Shown: piece by piece, positions 20,809 to 29,721 of the stretch
How the letters are laid out: every line of letters begins with the position of its first letter
How positions within the stretch are numbered: position 1 is the first letter of the stretch
Origin: Gammaproteobacteria bacterium
GTDB taxonomy: Bacteria > Pseudomonadota > Gammaproteobacteria > Enterobacterales > GCA-2746155
DNA: 63,195 nt
NCBI GenBank assembly: GCA_030589945.1
Contig: JAUUZN010000001.1
Location: 1 to 63,195, forward strand
Direction: 5' to 3'
Notes under the pieces: generated by a model
What the model was told of the DNA's origin: nothing
The model's input: only the letters and a program-made list of their open reading frames with translations
The model's database searches: none
Translations under genes and position numbers: made by a program

Positions 20809-22302
20809 ATGACGATGAATCTTCCAACCCTGATCACCTTCGTCACCTATCTTGTTGGTATGTTATTCATTGGCAGCGTTGCCTTTAAACTGACCAATAA
20901 CCTATCGGATTATTTACTCGGTGGTCGTAAGCTTGGCAGTGCGGTCACAGCTTTATCTGCTGGCGCATCAGATATGAGTGCCTGGTTACTTTTAGGGCTT
21001 CCCGGCTCAATGTATGTGGGTGGACTTAGTGCGGGTTGGATTGCATTAGGTCTGATCATTGGGGCTTATTTTAATTGGAAAATTGTCGCCCCTCGCCTCA
21101 GGGTTTATACCGAGATAGCCAACGATGCTATTACTCTCCCTGATTATCTTGAGAATCGATTTGCCGATAAAAGTCAGTTGCTAAGGGTAATCTCAGCATT
21201 GATCATTCTAATATTTTTTATCTTTTATACCTCATCAGGAATGGTGGCTGGCGCAACACTTTTTGAATCATCCTTTGGAATGGAATATTCAGATGCGTTA
21301 ATCATTGGTGCTGTGGTGATTGTGTCCTATACCTTCGTGGGCGGTTTTTTAGCCGTATGTTGGACAGACTTTGTCCAGGCGATATTAATGATGTTAGCCA
21401 TCGTTGTTGCTCCCGCAGTAGTTCTTTATGAACTTGGCGGCATCTCAAATACAATTTCTATTATCGATTCTGTTGATCCAATGCTGACCAACTGGAGTAA
21501 TGGATTAACATTAATTGGATTTTTATCTTTACAGGCTTGGGGACTTGGTTATTTTGGACAGCCTCATGTACTGGTTCGCTTCATGGCCATTGAAAATGTT
21601 AATCAGGTTCCAAAGGCTCGGCGCATTGCTCTGAGTTGGATGTTTATTTGCCTCTTTGGTGCATTGCTTACAGGCATTGTGGGTATTGCTTATTTTCAAG
21701 GTCGTCCAGAATTTTCACTGCTCAGCGAGAATTCAGAAGCGGTCTTTATTTTACTCACTCAGGTGGTATTCAATCCATGGATAGCCGGTTTTCTGCTAGC
21801 AGCTATTTTAGCCGCTGTGATGTCTACAATCGATTCACAGTTACTAATTTGCTCAGGCACTATCACTGAAGATTTCTACAAGAAGTTCTTCAGACGTGAT
21901 GCGTCAGAAAAGGAATTGGTAATGACCGGCCGGATTTCAGTACTCGTCATTGCTGCCATAGCGGTGTGGATTGCACAGGATCCCAAAAGTCAGGTGTTGT
22001 CTCTGGTAAGTTATGCATGGGCAGGATTTGGCGCAGGATTTGGTCCGGTGATACTGTTTTCGTTAATGTGGAGAGATATGACTAAAAACGGGGCACTGGC
22101 TGGGATGATTGTAGGTGCAATTACCGTTGTGCTATGGAAGCAGATGAGTGGCGGTATTTTTGAACTTTATGAACTACTTCCCGGATTTGTATTCGCATCT
22201 ATTGCTATTGTTATAGCCAGTAATTTACAAAAACAAGCTAATTCAGAGGTACTAAAATCCTTTGATAAGGTTCAACAAATACTCAGTGAGTCCAAAATAT
22301 GA
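20809..22302 (+). CDS. putP: Sodium/proline symporter
   Basis: 497 aa, near-colinear with E. coli PutP ('GGRKLGSAVTALSAGASDMSAWLLLGLPG', 'GLGYFGQPHVLVRFMA', 'YAWAGFGAGFGPV'). Confidence 0.95.
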   Translation: MTMNLPTLITFVTYLVGMLFIGSVAFKLTNNLSDYLLGGRKLGSAVTALSAGASDMSAWLLLGLPGSMYVGGLSAGWIALGLIIGAYFNWKIVAPRLRVYTEIANDAITLPDYLENRFADKSQLLRVISALIILIFFIFYTSSGMVAGATLFESSFGMEYSDALIIGAVVIVSYTFVGGFLAVCWTDFVQAILMMLAIVVAPAVVLYELGGISNTISIIDSVDPMLTNWSNGLTLIGFLSLQAWGLGYFGQPHVLVRFMAIENVNQVPKARRIALSWMFICLFGALLTGIVGIAYFQGRPEFSLLSENSEAVFILLTQVVFNPWIAGFLLAAILAAVMSTIDSQLLICSGTITEDFYKKFFRRDASEKELVMTGRISVLVIAAIAVWIAQDPKSQVLSLVSYAWAGFGAGFGPVILFSLMWRDMTKNGALAGMIVGAITVVLWKQMSGGIFELYELLPGFVFASIAIVIASNLQKQANSEVLKSFDKVQQILSESKI

Positions 22303-22775
22303 ATATACGTTCAGCAACAGTTCAAGATGTCCCTCAAATTTTAGAGTTCATAAAACATTTGGCCGATTATGAAAAATTATCTCATGAGGTGGTCGCTACA
22401 GAAGAACTGTTAGAGCAGAGTCTATTCGGTGACATTCCGGGTGCTGAAGTACTTATTGCTGAAACTGATGAGGGAGTACCAGCAGGCTTCGCGCTATTCT
22501 TCTCAAATTATTCAACCTTTCTAGCTCAGTTAGGCATTCATCTTGAAGATCTTTATGTACTCTCAGAATTTCGTGGTCTAGGAATCGGTAAGGCATTATT
22601 AAAAAAATTAGCGGCCATAAGTATTGAACGAAGTTGTGGTCGGCTTGAATGGGCGGTACTCGATTGGAATACACCCGCAATTGAATTCTATAAATCTCAA
22701 GGTGCAATTTTACTCGAGGGCTGGACGACTAATCGTGTCACTGGTGATGCGTTAATTAAGCTTGCTGCTGATTAA
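22299..22775 (+). CDS. GNAT acetyltransferase of the SSAT (spermidine/spermine / thialysine N-acetyltransferase) type
   Basis: 158 aa. 'IRSATVQDVPQILEFIKHLADYE', 'LEDLYVLSEFRGLGIGKALL' and 'WNTPAIEFYKSQGA' parallel the human SAT1 motifs as I recall them. ATGA overlap with putP. Confidence 0.7.
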   Translation: MNIRSATVQDVPQILEFIKHLADYEKLSHEVVATEELLEQSLFGDIPGAEVLIAETDEGVPAGFALFFSNYSTFLAQLGIHLEDLYVLSEFRGLGIGKALLKKLAAISIERSCGRLEWAVLDWNTPAIEFYKSQGAILLEGWTTNRVTGDALIKLAAD

Positions 22776-22799
22776 CTGAAATAATAGAACCTTAATACG

Positions 22800-24302
22800 A
22801 TGTCTGAATCGATTTGCAAATACTGTCCATCCATTCCTTCATCCTATTATTGTGAAGCCTGTGACATTAGCTTTTGTTTAAATTGTGTACCCGAAGACGC
22901 TCGTTATTTTCGGCCAAGGTGCACCCTTTGCCGTAATCACTTACAAACCCTTAATAGTGAACATGTGGTGGCTCCTTTCTGGACTCGCTGGGGCTATTTT
23001 TTCAAGATTGCCTTATCTCCAACCATTTTCTTAGCACTTTTATCATTTGCATTTTTAGGCAGTGTCATTTCAACCAATGGTCTTATAGCATCCACCATTA
23101 GTTTTTTTTATTGGAGCACTTTATTGATGATGCTCTTTGAATTATCCAATGTTATTTCTGATGGGCGTTCAGATATCCCAACCGTTGCTGAACTTTGGAA
23201 AAAGGCAGAGCCTCTATTATTGCTGAAATTGCTCACTCAAGTGTTAATCACTATTTTAATGATAGGCATTGTTAACAACATACTGGGCCAATGGGCTGCT
23301 GTAAGTCTAATCATTTTATATGGGATTGGATTTCCTGCATCGGTACTCATACTCACCTTGGAAAAACGCTTTTTATCAGCGGCTAATCCAATGCGTATCC
23401 TGTATGTGATCACATCAATCGGTGCCCCTTATTTTTTATTGTATGGTTTCTGGTTACTGTCTGTTTTGTTGTCTTATCAGATGTATATGAAACAAATTGA
23501 CGGTCCGATTTTATATAATATATTTGCTCTGCAGGTGAGCTACTATTTCTGGACGGTGTGGTTCGCACTGCTTGGTTATGTGGCCTATCAGTATCACCAT
23601 AAGTTGGGTCTCGCTTTGTCACATCGACCTCAATATCAACATCAATCAACTGAACATACCAAGAGTCATTCAGCGAGCAAAGTTCGCACCTATAAAAAAT
23701 CTAGTCCTGAAAAAAGCCCAGTGGTGAAAGAAGCTGAAATACTCGTTTCAGAAGAACGTCATGCAGATGCTCTTAATCTTTTACAGATGGCACTAAAACA
23801 ATCATCGGTGAATATGGATGTGCATCGTTATTATTTAAAGTTAATGGTTGATCAAAAGGAATATAAACGTCTGTCGACCAGTGCGAAACATCTGGCGCGA
23901 CAATTTTTACATCAAGATAATGTCTTGGAAGGTGCCCATATCACCGTGATCACAAAGGAGGCTATTAGCGATTGGCGTCCTGATTTAATTGAGGATCGTT
24001 TTAAAATCGCACTGAGCCTCATTAAAATGGGACGCCGCGATTTTGCACTTGATTTCTATCAGTCAATCATGACCAGTAGTGAAGACTCAGAGTTCATTGC
24101 CAACAGCTGTTTTGAAGCAGCAAAGTTACTCGCTGAGGATCATAATTGCGACCAGAAAGCGATTGAATGTTTGCGCCGAATTCTCATTGATTACCCAATG
24201 CATTCAATTGTCGCTGATGCGAAAACATATCTAGCAATACTAAAACAAAATACCACATCTAACGACTCATCCGATGACGCATTATTCATAGAAGATAATT
24301 AA
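22800..24302 (+). CDS. Membrane protein with an N-terminal 4x CxxC (B-box-like) zinc finger, a polytopic core and a TPR-like C-terminal domain
   Basis: 500 aa. C6xxC9-x8-C18xxC21-x4-C26xxC29-x11-C41xxC44, then about 6-7 hydrophobic helices, a Ser/Lys-rich linker and a helical-repeat tail. Confidence 0.6.
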   Translation: MSESICKYCPSIPSSYYCEACDISFCLNCVPEDARYFRPRCTLCRNHLQTLNSEHVVAPFWTRWGYFFKIALSPTIFLALLSFAFLGSVISTNGLIASTISFFYWSTLLMMLFELSNVISDGRSDIPTVAELWKKAEPLLLLKLLTQVLITILMIGIVNNILGQWAAVSLIILYGIGFPASVLILTLEKRFLSAANPMRILYVITSIGAPYFLLYGFWLLSVLLSYQMYMKQIDGPILYNIFALQVSYYFWTVWFALLGYVAYQYHHKLGLALSHRPQYQHQSTEHTKSHSASKVRTYKKSSPEKSPVVKEAEILVSEERHADALNLLQMALKQSSVNMDVHRYYLKLMVDQKEYKRLSTSAKHLARQFLHQDNVLEGAHITVITKEAISDWRPDLIEDRFKIALSLIKMGRRDFALDFYQSIMTSSEDSEFIANSCFEAAKLLAEDHNCDQKAIECLRRILIDYPMHSIVADAKTYLAILKQNTTSNDSSDDALFIEDN

Positions 24303-24441
24303 AAATAGGGGTCAGAGTCGATTAAAAACTGTGGTCAGAAAATAGGGGTCAGAGTGAATTACCGCTTAGTAGTACGAGCGATAAATTAATTCACTCTGAC
24401 CCCTATTTTTAAATTCACTCTGACCCCTATTTTCTGACCAC
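24302..24441. repeat. REP-like cluster: four copies of a ~22-nt unit (AAAATAGGGGTCAGAGTGAATT), two direct and two inverted
   Basis: Copies at 24302-24318 (+), 24339-24360 (+), 24388-24409 (-) and 24412-24433 (-). 24331-24360 is the perfect 30-nt reverse complement of 24412-24441. The cluster fills the spacer between two convergent genes. Confidence 0.9.
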
Positions 24442-24451
24442 AATTATTCAG

Positions 24452-25456
24452 TTAACTTAGGTTAAACAGTTTTCCTCTGACCATTTCTCGATAACTCTTT
24501 GGTGTTTGTTTTGTTCTTTGCTTAAATTGTCTTGAGAAATAGGCATTGTCTTTGTAACCGAGTCGATCGGCAATGTCCTGATGACTTAAATTGGTGTCTT
24601 TTAATAACTCATGCGCCGCTAAAATTTTAAGGTCAATACCATAGTTAAGTACTGACTTACCTACGGCCGATTTAAAACGTCTTGAAAAATTGCGAGTGCT
24701 CATATTTGCTAGATCACTGAGTGCATTTAAATCAAAATTTTGAAAATAATGAGTTTGCATCCATTGTTGAACTTCAATAATGCCCTCATCGGGATGTCGA
24801 CTAGCACCTTTAGCAAACCATGGCTTGTCGTAAGTCCGATTGATTTCATGTCCATAATGTTGCTCGATTATTTGACTCACCTCTTTATTAAAAACATTTT
24901 CGATATAATAAAGCGTTAAGTCTACCAGTGCGTTAATGCTCCCTGTACAGGTTATCAATTCATCCTGTGTAATAAAATGCTGCCTTTGCAAGTTAACTTT
25001 TGGGTATCGTTTTTCAAACTCATCAAAGTAATACCAGTGTGTGGTCGCAACTTTATTGTCGAGAAGTCCGGCATGGGCTAATAAACAGACCCCAGTACCG
25101 GTTGCTACAATTTGGTGTCCCATTTTATTTTGTACAATTAACCAGTCGATGAGTGGTTTATTTTTACGAATGACAACTTCAGGGTTACCCCAAATGGGCG
25201 GAATGAAGATGGTGGTCGGTTCTGTCAATGAAGTTTTAACTGTATTTAGATTATGACTAGGCAGAATATTGATGCCATTGCCCATAGGTATGGGTTCGAG
25301 TTCATCAGTACTAGCTCCAACAACCAGACATTGCCAATCAAGGCGTTTACCCTGATGAGCACGAGCAATAGAGCGAGCTGAGCTGATCATTTCCATTGGA
25401 AGTGAGAGCCCTGTTATCAGAGCCTTGGGATAACATAAAAATAATGATGTCGGCAT
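24452..25456 (-). CDS. GlxA-family transcriptional regulator (DJ-1/PfpI domain + AraC HTH)
   Basis: 334 aa. N-terminal DJ-1-like fold ('GTGVCLLAHAGLLD'), C-terminal AraC-type HTH ('STRNFSRRFK...YFSRQFKQ'). Confidence 0.82.
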   Translation of the reverse strand: MPTSLFLCYPKALITGLSLPMEMISSARSIARAHQGKRLDWQCLVVGASTDELEPIPMGNGINILPSHNLNTVKTSLTEPTTIFIPPIWGNPEVVIRKNKPLIDWLIVQNKMGHQIVATGTGVCLLAHAGLLDNKVATTHWYYFDEFEKRYPKVNLQRQHFITQDELITCTGSINALVDLTLYYIENVFNKEVSQIIEQHYGHEINRTYDKPWFAKGASRHPDEGIIEVQQWMQTHYFQNFDLNALSDLANMSTRNFSRRFKSAVGKSVLNYGIDLKILAAHELLKDTNLSHQDIADRLGYKDNAYFSRQFKQRTKQTPKSYREMVRGKLFNLS

Positions 25457-25597
25457 AGGTACAATGTCTTTAAATTATTGGCTTATAAATACAAAATCAT
25501 GGCTAAATTATCCTACAACTGTAAGCAATTAGTCAATATAATGCAATCATCATCAAATAATATAATTAAAGAATAACTCCTTCTTTAAGAGAATAAT

Positions 25598-27454
25598 ATG
25601 ACAACTCCTTTAAAACGGTTACCTGTAATTGTTGGATTCGGTGGCATTAATGCTGCGGGTCGAATTTCCTTCCATCATAGTTACAGGAGAATGGTGCATG
25701 ATGCACTGCCCGATTCTGTAACTGGACCGATGTTTAAAGGACTCGCTAGCTTAACGAATCAGCCTGAAGGTACCAGTAAAGAACAACTTTTAGAGCAAAC
25801 GCTCATCCGTAAAATTGAGAAACAGACCTTTGATCTCAATGAAATTAATATCCACAAAAAAGCACACATCAAAAAGAAAGATGAAAGCATTCATTTTGAG
25901 ATCAGCAAGAAGCAATTACCTAAACATCTGCCCGATAATTGGACTGTAGAAGAACTCTCTGAAGATTTATTTTCAATCACCATTGATGGTGAACTCGAAG
26001 TAATGATGCCAGAAAAACATCAATCGCAAGTGACCAGTGCCGGACAATTACCCACTGGATTTGATCCTGCTATATTATATAATTCACGAAACCAACCCAA
26101 GGGTTTGCAACTCACAGTCTTTGGCGCTTCAGATGCTTTGCAATCCATTGGAATAGAATGGTCTGAAATTCTTAAACACATAGAGCCCGATGAAGTATCC
26201 GTTTATGCCGGATCGGCCATTGGTCAGTTGGACGATTTTGGAGGCAGGGGACTTGCCCAAGCATGGCTTAAGGGTGGGCGTGTAACTTCCAAGCAAATGC
26301 CTTTGATGCTGTCACAAATGCCGGCCGACTTTATAAATAGCTACATCATTAACAGTGTTGGCGCAACGGGTACCAATATGGGCGCCTGTGCAACATTTCT
26401 CTATAACTTGAGACAAGGCATCGGTGATATTCAATCGGGTACTTCAAGAGTCATCATTGTTGGCGGTGCTGAAGCAGCTGTGGAGCCAGAAGTGATCGAA
26501 GGATTCCGCGCGATGGGAGCCTTGGCCGAAGATCAAAGGCTCTGTAAATTAGACGGTGTTGAGGTTGCTGACAATCGTCGCGCCTGCAGACCCTTTGCAG
26601 AGAATGCTGGATTTACAATTTCAGAGGCAGCACAGTTTTTCATATTAATGGATGATGAACTAGCATTAGAATTAGGCGCCACCATTTATGGTTCTGTTGC
26701 CGATGTTTTTGTGAATGCCGACGCCAATAAAAAATCGATCTCATCACCGGGTATTGGTAACTATGTCACCGTGGCAAAAGCCATGTCTCTGGCTAAAAAT
26801 ATTTTGGGTGAAGAAGGCGTCAAGCAGACCTTTGCACAGGCACATGGAACAGGAACACCACAAAATCGTGTGACGGAATCACACATTTTAAATGAAGTCG
26901 CAAAATCCTTCGGAATTGAAAATTGGAATGTTGCGGCAATTAAATCCTATGTTGGACATTCACTAGGACCAGCAGGTGGCGATCAACTAGCTGCCACTTT
27001 AGGAGTTTGGGAATACGGGTTGATCCCTGGTATCAATACTATCGATAAAATTGCCGATGATGTTTATGACTCAAATTTACATTTCTGTATCGAGCACACT
27101 TCGGTGGGTGAAAAGGGCATTGAAATGAAAGCTGCGGTCATCAATTCCAAAGGTTTTGGTGGCAATAACGCAACGGGACTCATTTTATCGCCGACCACCA
27201 CCATGGAGATGTTAGAACACAAACATGGTGCAGAGACGATGAACCAGTACCACTCCACAAACAAGTCTGTCGCAGCGTCAGCGGCACAATATGATCAGGC
27301 CGTTATCAATGGCGAATTTAAAGCCATCTACCATTTTGGTACTGAAGTAATGACTGCTGATGATCTGGTGATATCAGATAAAGGTATTGAACTGTCGAAT
27401 TTTGAAAATAAACTTAACTTTTCTCAGGAAAATCCGTATTCTGACTACTGCTGA
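25598..27454 (+). CDS. fabY: FabY-class beta-ketoacyl-ACP synthase (PA5174 type)
   Basis: 618 aa. N-terminus 'RLPVIVGFGGINAAGRISFHHSYRRMV' matches my recollection of P. aeruginosa FabY. Cys-His-His motifs are 'GACATF', 'AHGTGTPQNR' and 'GHSLGPAGG'. About 200 aa longer than FabB/FabF. Confidence 0.78.
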   Translation: MTTPLKRLPVIVGFGGINAAGRISFHHSYRRMVHDALPDSVTGPMFKGLASLTNQPEGTSKEQLLEQTLIRKIEKQTFDLNEINIHKKAHIKKKDESIHFEISKKQLPKHLPDNWTVEELSEDLFSITIDGELEVMMPEKHQSQVTSAGQLPTGFDPAILYNSRNQPKGLQLTVFGASDALQSIGIEWSEILKHIEPDEVSVYAGSAIGQLDDFGGRGLAQAWLKGGRVTSKQMPLMLSQMPADFINSYIINSVGATGTNMGACATFLYNLRQGIGDIQSGTSRVIIVGGAEAAVEPEVIEGFRAMGALAEDQRLCKLDGVEVADNRRACRPFAENAGFTISEAAQFFILMDDELALELGATIYGSVADVFVNADANKKSISSPGIGNYVTVAKAMSLAKNILGEEGVKQTFAQAHGTGTPQNRVTESHILNEVAKSFGIENWNVAAIKSYVGHSLGPAGGDQLAATLGVWEYGLIPGINTIDKIADDVYDSNLHFCIEHTSVGEKGIEMKAAVINSKGFGGNNATGLILSPTTTMEMLEHKHGAETMNQYHSTNKSVAASAAQYDQAVINGEFKAIYHFGTEVMTADDLVISDKGIELSNFENKLNFSQENPYSDYC

Positions 27455-27492
27455 ATATTAATGATGATATTCAGTTTAAGGGATCTGAGCTG

Positions 27493-28167
27493 ATGTCATC
27501 GAATCATTCAATTAAAGAAATACTTGAGAGCCGTTCTTCTGTTAGAGCATTCACCGATAAAGTCATCGATGGACAACTTATAGACGATATTTTTACCTCA
27601 GCACAACGCTCGGTTTCTAATTGTAATGTCCAACCTTGGCAATCACGCGTAGTTACCGGTGAGATGCGCAACCGACTTGAGAAAGAATTATTGGCACAAA
27701 TTTTAGGTGGCGCTGAACCAACTCCAGACTTTGATTGGTTACCACGGTATAAGGATGTTCATCGTGAGCGACAGTTTGGTTCTGCAAATGCGCTTTACGG
27801 TGCTATGAGTATTGAGCGAACGGATAAACGCGCACGACAAGCTTCGATGTTACGCAATTGGTCATTCTTTGATGCTCCTCATGTAGTGTTTTTTTGCATG
27901 GATAAATACCTGGGAATCATGGGTGCTGTGGATATGGGCATTTACGCTCAATCCTTGTCACTACTCATGGAGGAACAGGGCATTTCAAGCTGTATGCAGG
28001 GTGCCTTAGGACAATTTCCCGATCCAATTAGAGACGCTCTAGAAATTCCCGATGATCAGGGTATATTATTCGGCATGTCCTTTGGTTATGCCGACGGTAA
28101 TGCTGCCGTGAACAAAGCAAAAACAAATCGAGCAAACCTTGGTGATGCCGTACAATTTTACAGCTGA
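27493..28167 (+). CDS. Nitroreductase-family flavoprotein
   Basis: 224 aa. 'RSSVRAFTDK', 'QPWQ', and overall NfsB/nitroreductase-fold length and pattern. Confidence 0.75.
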   Translation: MSSNHSIKEILESRSSVRAFTDKVIDGQLIDDIFTSAQRSVSNCNVQPWQSRVVTGEMRNRLEKELLAQILGGAEPTPDFDWLPRYKDVHRERQFGSANALYGAMSIERTDKRARQASMLRNWSFFDAPHVVFFCMDKYLGIMGAVDMGIYAQSLSLLMEEQGISSCMQGALGQFPDPIRDALEIPDDQGILFGMSFGYADGNAAVNKAKTNRANLGDAVQFYS

Positions 28168-28177
28168 GAACCTTGTC

Positions 28178-29137
28178 ATGTCCGCTCAAAATATACCCTT
28201 TATAAGTCAGTATAAACCTGAGAAACAAAAATTTTGGGTCGAACGCCTTAATAAAGTAATGCCCGATAAAAACTTTATTCTTGCAGAAAAAATTGATATT
28301 AAGAGTCGTTCAAATTATCAGTATGCTGTTGTGGCTAATCCAGCGATTGACGAACTAAAGACTTTTTCAAATCTGCAATGGGTTCAGAGTTTATGGGCAG
28401 GTGTTGAAAACCTCATACAGCCTGCCAGAGAATTAGGATTTAATATTCTTCGTCTCGTTGATCCCCAACTCTCAAATACTATGACAGAATCGGTGCTTGC
28501 ATGGTCTTTGTATTTACAAAAAAAAATGCCGAGCTACCTAAAACAACAGTCTGACAAAGTTTGGAATGAACTAGAAATTTCTTCAGTGGCAGATACCACT
28601 GTTGGAATTTTAGGCCTCGGTCAATTGGGTGAGAACAGTGCAAATCGTCTTCTTGCAAATGGTTTTAATGTGATGGGTTGGAGTCGAAGTCCTAAAAATA
28701 TACCGGGAGTGATTTCTTATTCGGGTGATAGTGGTTTTATTGAATTAGCAAAACAGTCTGACATTGTGGTGGTGTTACTACCCTTGACCGCTGACACACA
28801 TCAAATCATTAATGCAAAATTTATTGCTAACTTACCTGATGGCGCATCAATTATTAACTTTGCACGTGGAGCCATAGTCAATGATACCGATTTAATTGAA
28901 GCCCTCGATGAAGGCAAACTCTATCAGGCCGTGCTCGACACCTTCATTGAAGAACCACTACCGCAACAAAACCTATACTGGACTCACGAAAAAGTAACAT
29001 TATTACCCCATATTGCTGCATCGACGAATCCTCAAACCGCTGCGATTATTGTCGCTAATAATATGAAGTCTATTGAGGAAAATGGCGGTTTTAGCGGAGT
29101 GGCTGAAGCTTTGATTGATCTCAAAAAGGGCTATTAA
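28178..29137 (+). CDS. D-isomer-specific 2-hydroxyacid dehydrogenase (GhrA-like glyoxylate/hydroxypyruvate reductase)
   Basis: NAD-binding 'VGILGLGQLG', 'INFARGAIV', 'LLPHIAAST'. Start set at the ATG at 28178, 10 bp after the nitroreductase stop; the track start overlaps that gene. Confidence 0.8.
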   Translation: MSAQNIPFISQYKPEKQKFWVERLNKVMPDKNFILAEKIDIKSRSNYQYAVVANPAIDELKTFSNLQWVQSLWAGVENLIQPARELGFNILRLVDPQLSNTMTESVLAWSLYLQKKMPSYLKQQSDKVWNELEISSVADTTVGILGLGQLGENSANRLLANGFNVMGWSRSPKNIPGVISYSGDSGFIELAKQSDIVVVLLPLTADTHQIINAKFIANLPDGASIINFARGAIVNDTDLIEALDEGKLYQAVLDTFIEEPLPQQNLYWTHEKVTLLPHIAASTNPQTAAIIVANNMKSIEENGGFSGVAEALIDLKKGY

Positions 29138-29236
29138 ACCCGTCACTTAATTCGAAAGTGAAACCTTTTAATGTCCATCGTTATAAAGTAACGAACTAAA
29201 TGTTCCCTCGGTCGTCTAGCGTTTGTGTCTCTGAAA

Positions 29237-29476
29237 TTACAGTTTATTGTGTGAGCCATCACAAAGAGGCGCCATCTTGGAGTGTTTACAACCACAGAAG
29301 GCTATTTTACGGGAAGTTGTAGCCTCATACATCACCGGCTTAATGTCAGTTGTAGAATGACTGCCATCACAAAATGGTTGTGACTTACTGAGCCCACAAG
29401 CACACCAGAAGTATGTTTTACCCTCTTCAACATCGGTAAAGATTGCGTTTTTTTCAGCGATTACAGGTTCGGTCAT
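29237..29476 (-). CDS. CDGSH iron-sulfur domain protein (two CDGSH motifs)
   Basis: 79 aa. 'CACGLSKSQPFCDGSH' and 'CGCKHSKMAPLCDGSH'. Confidence 0.9.
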   Translation of the reverse strand: MTEPVIAEKNAIFTDVEEGKTYFWCACGLSKSQPFCDGSHSTTDIKPVMYEATTSRKIAFCGCKHSKMAPLCDGSHNKL

Positions 29477-29721
29477 TTTTGCCTCTACTTTTTATCTATA
29501 ATTAATTAATATTAAAGTACCTTAACACTATGAATCACTCAGATGTAAATAAGAATGATTCAACCTAATAACGATAGGATTGGATGATAATATTTACAAT
29601 GATTTTAAAATAGTACAACACAATTTATTGTTTATTCGGTAAAATACCTACATATATTTTGCAGGCTGAAAACCATTTGTTGGCCATTTTAAGTTTAAAA
29701 GAATTATTATAAGGATCCACC

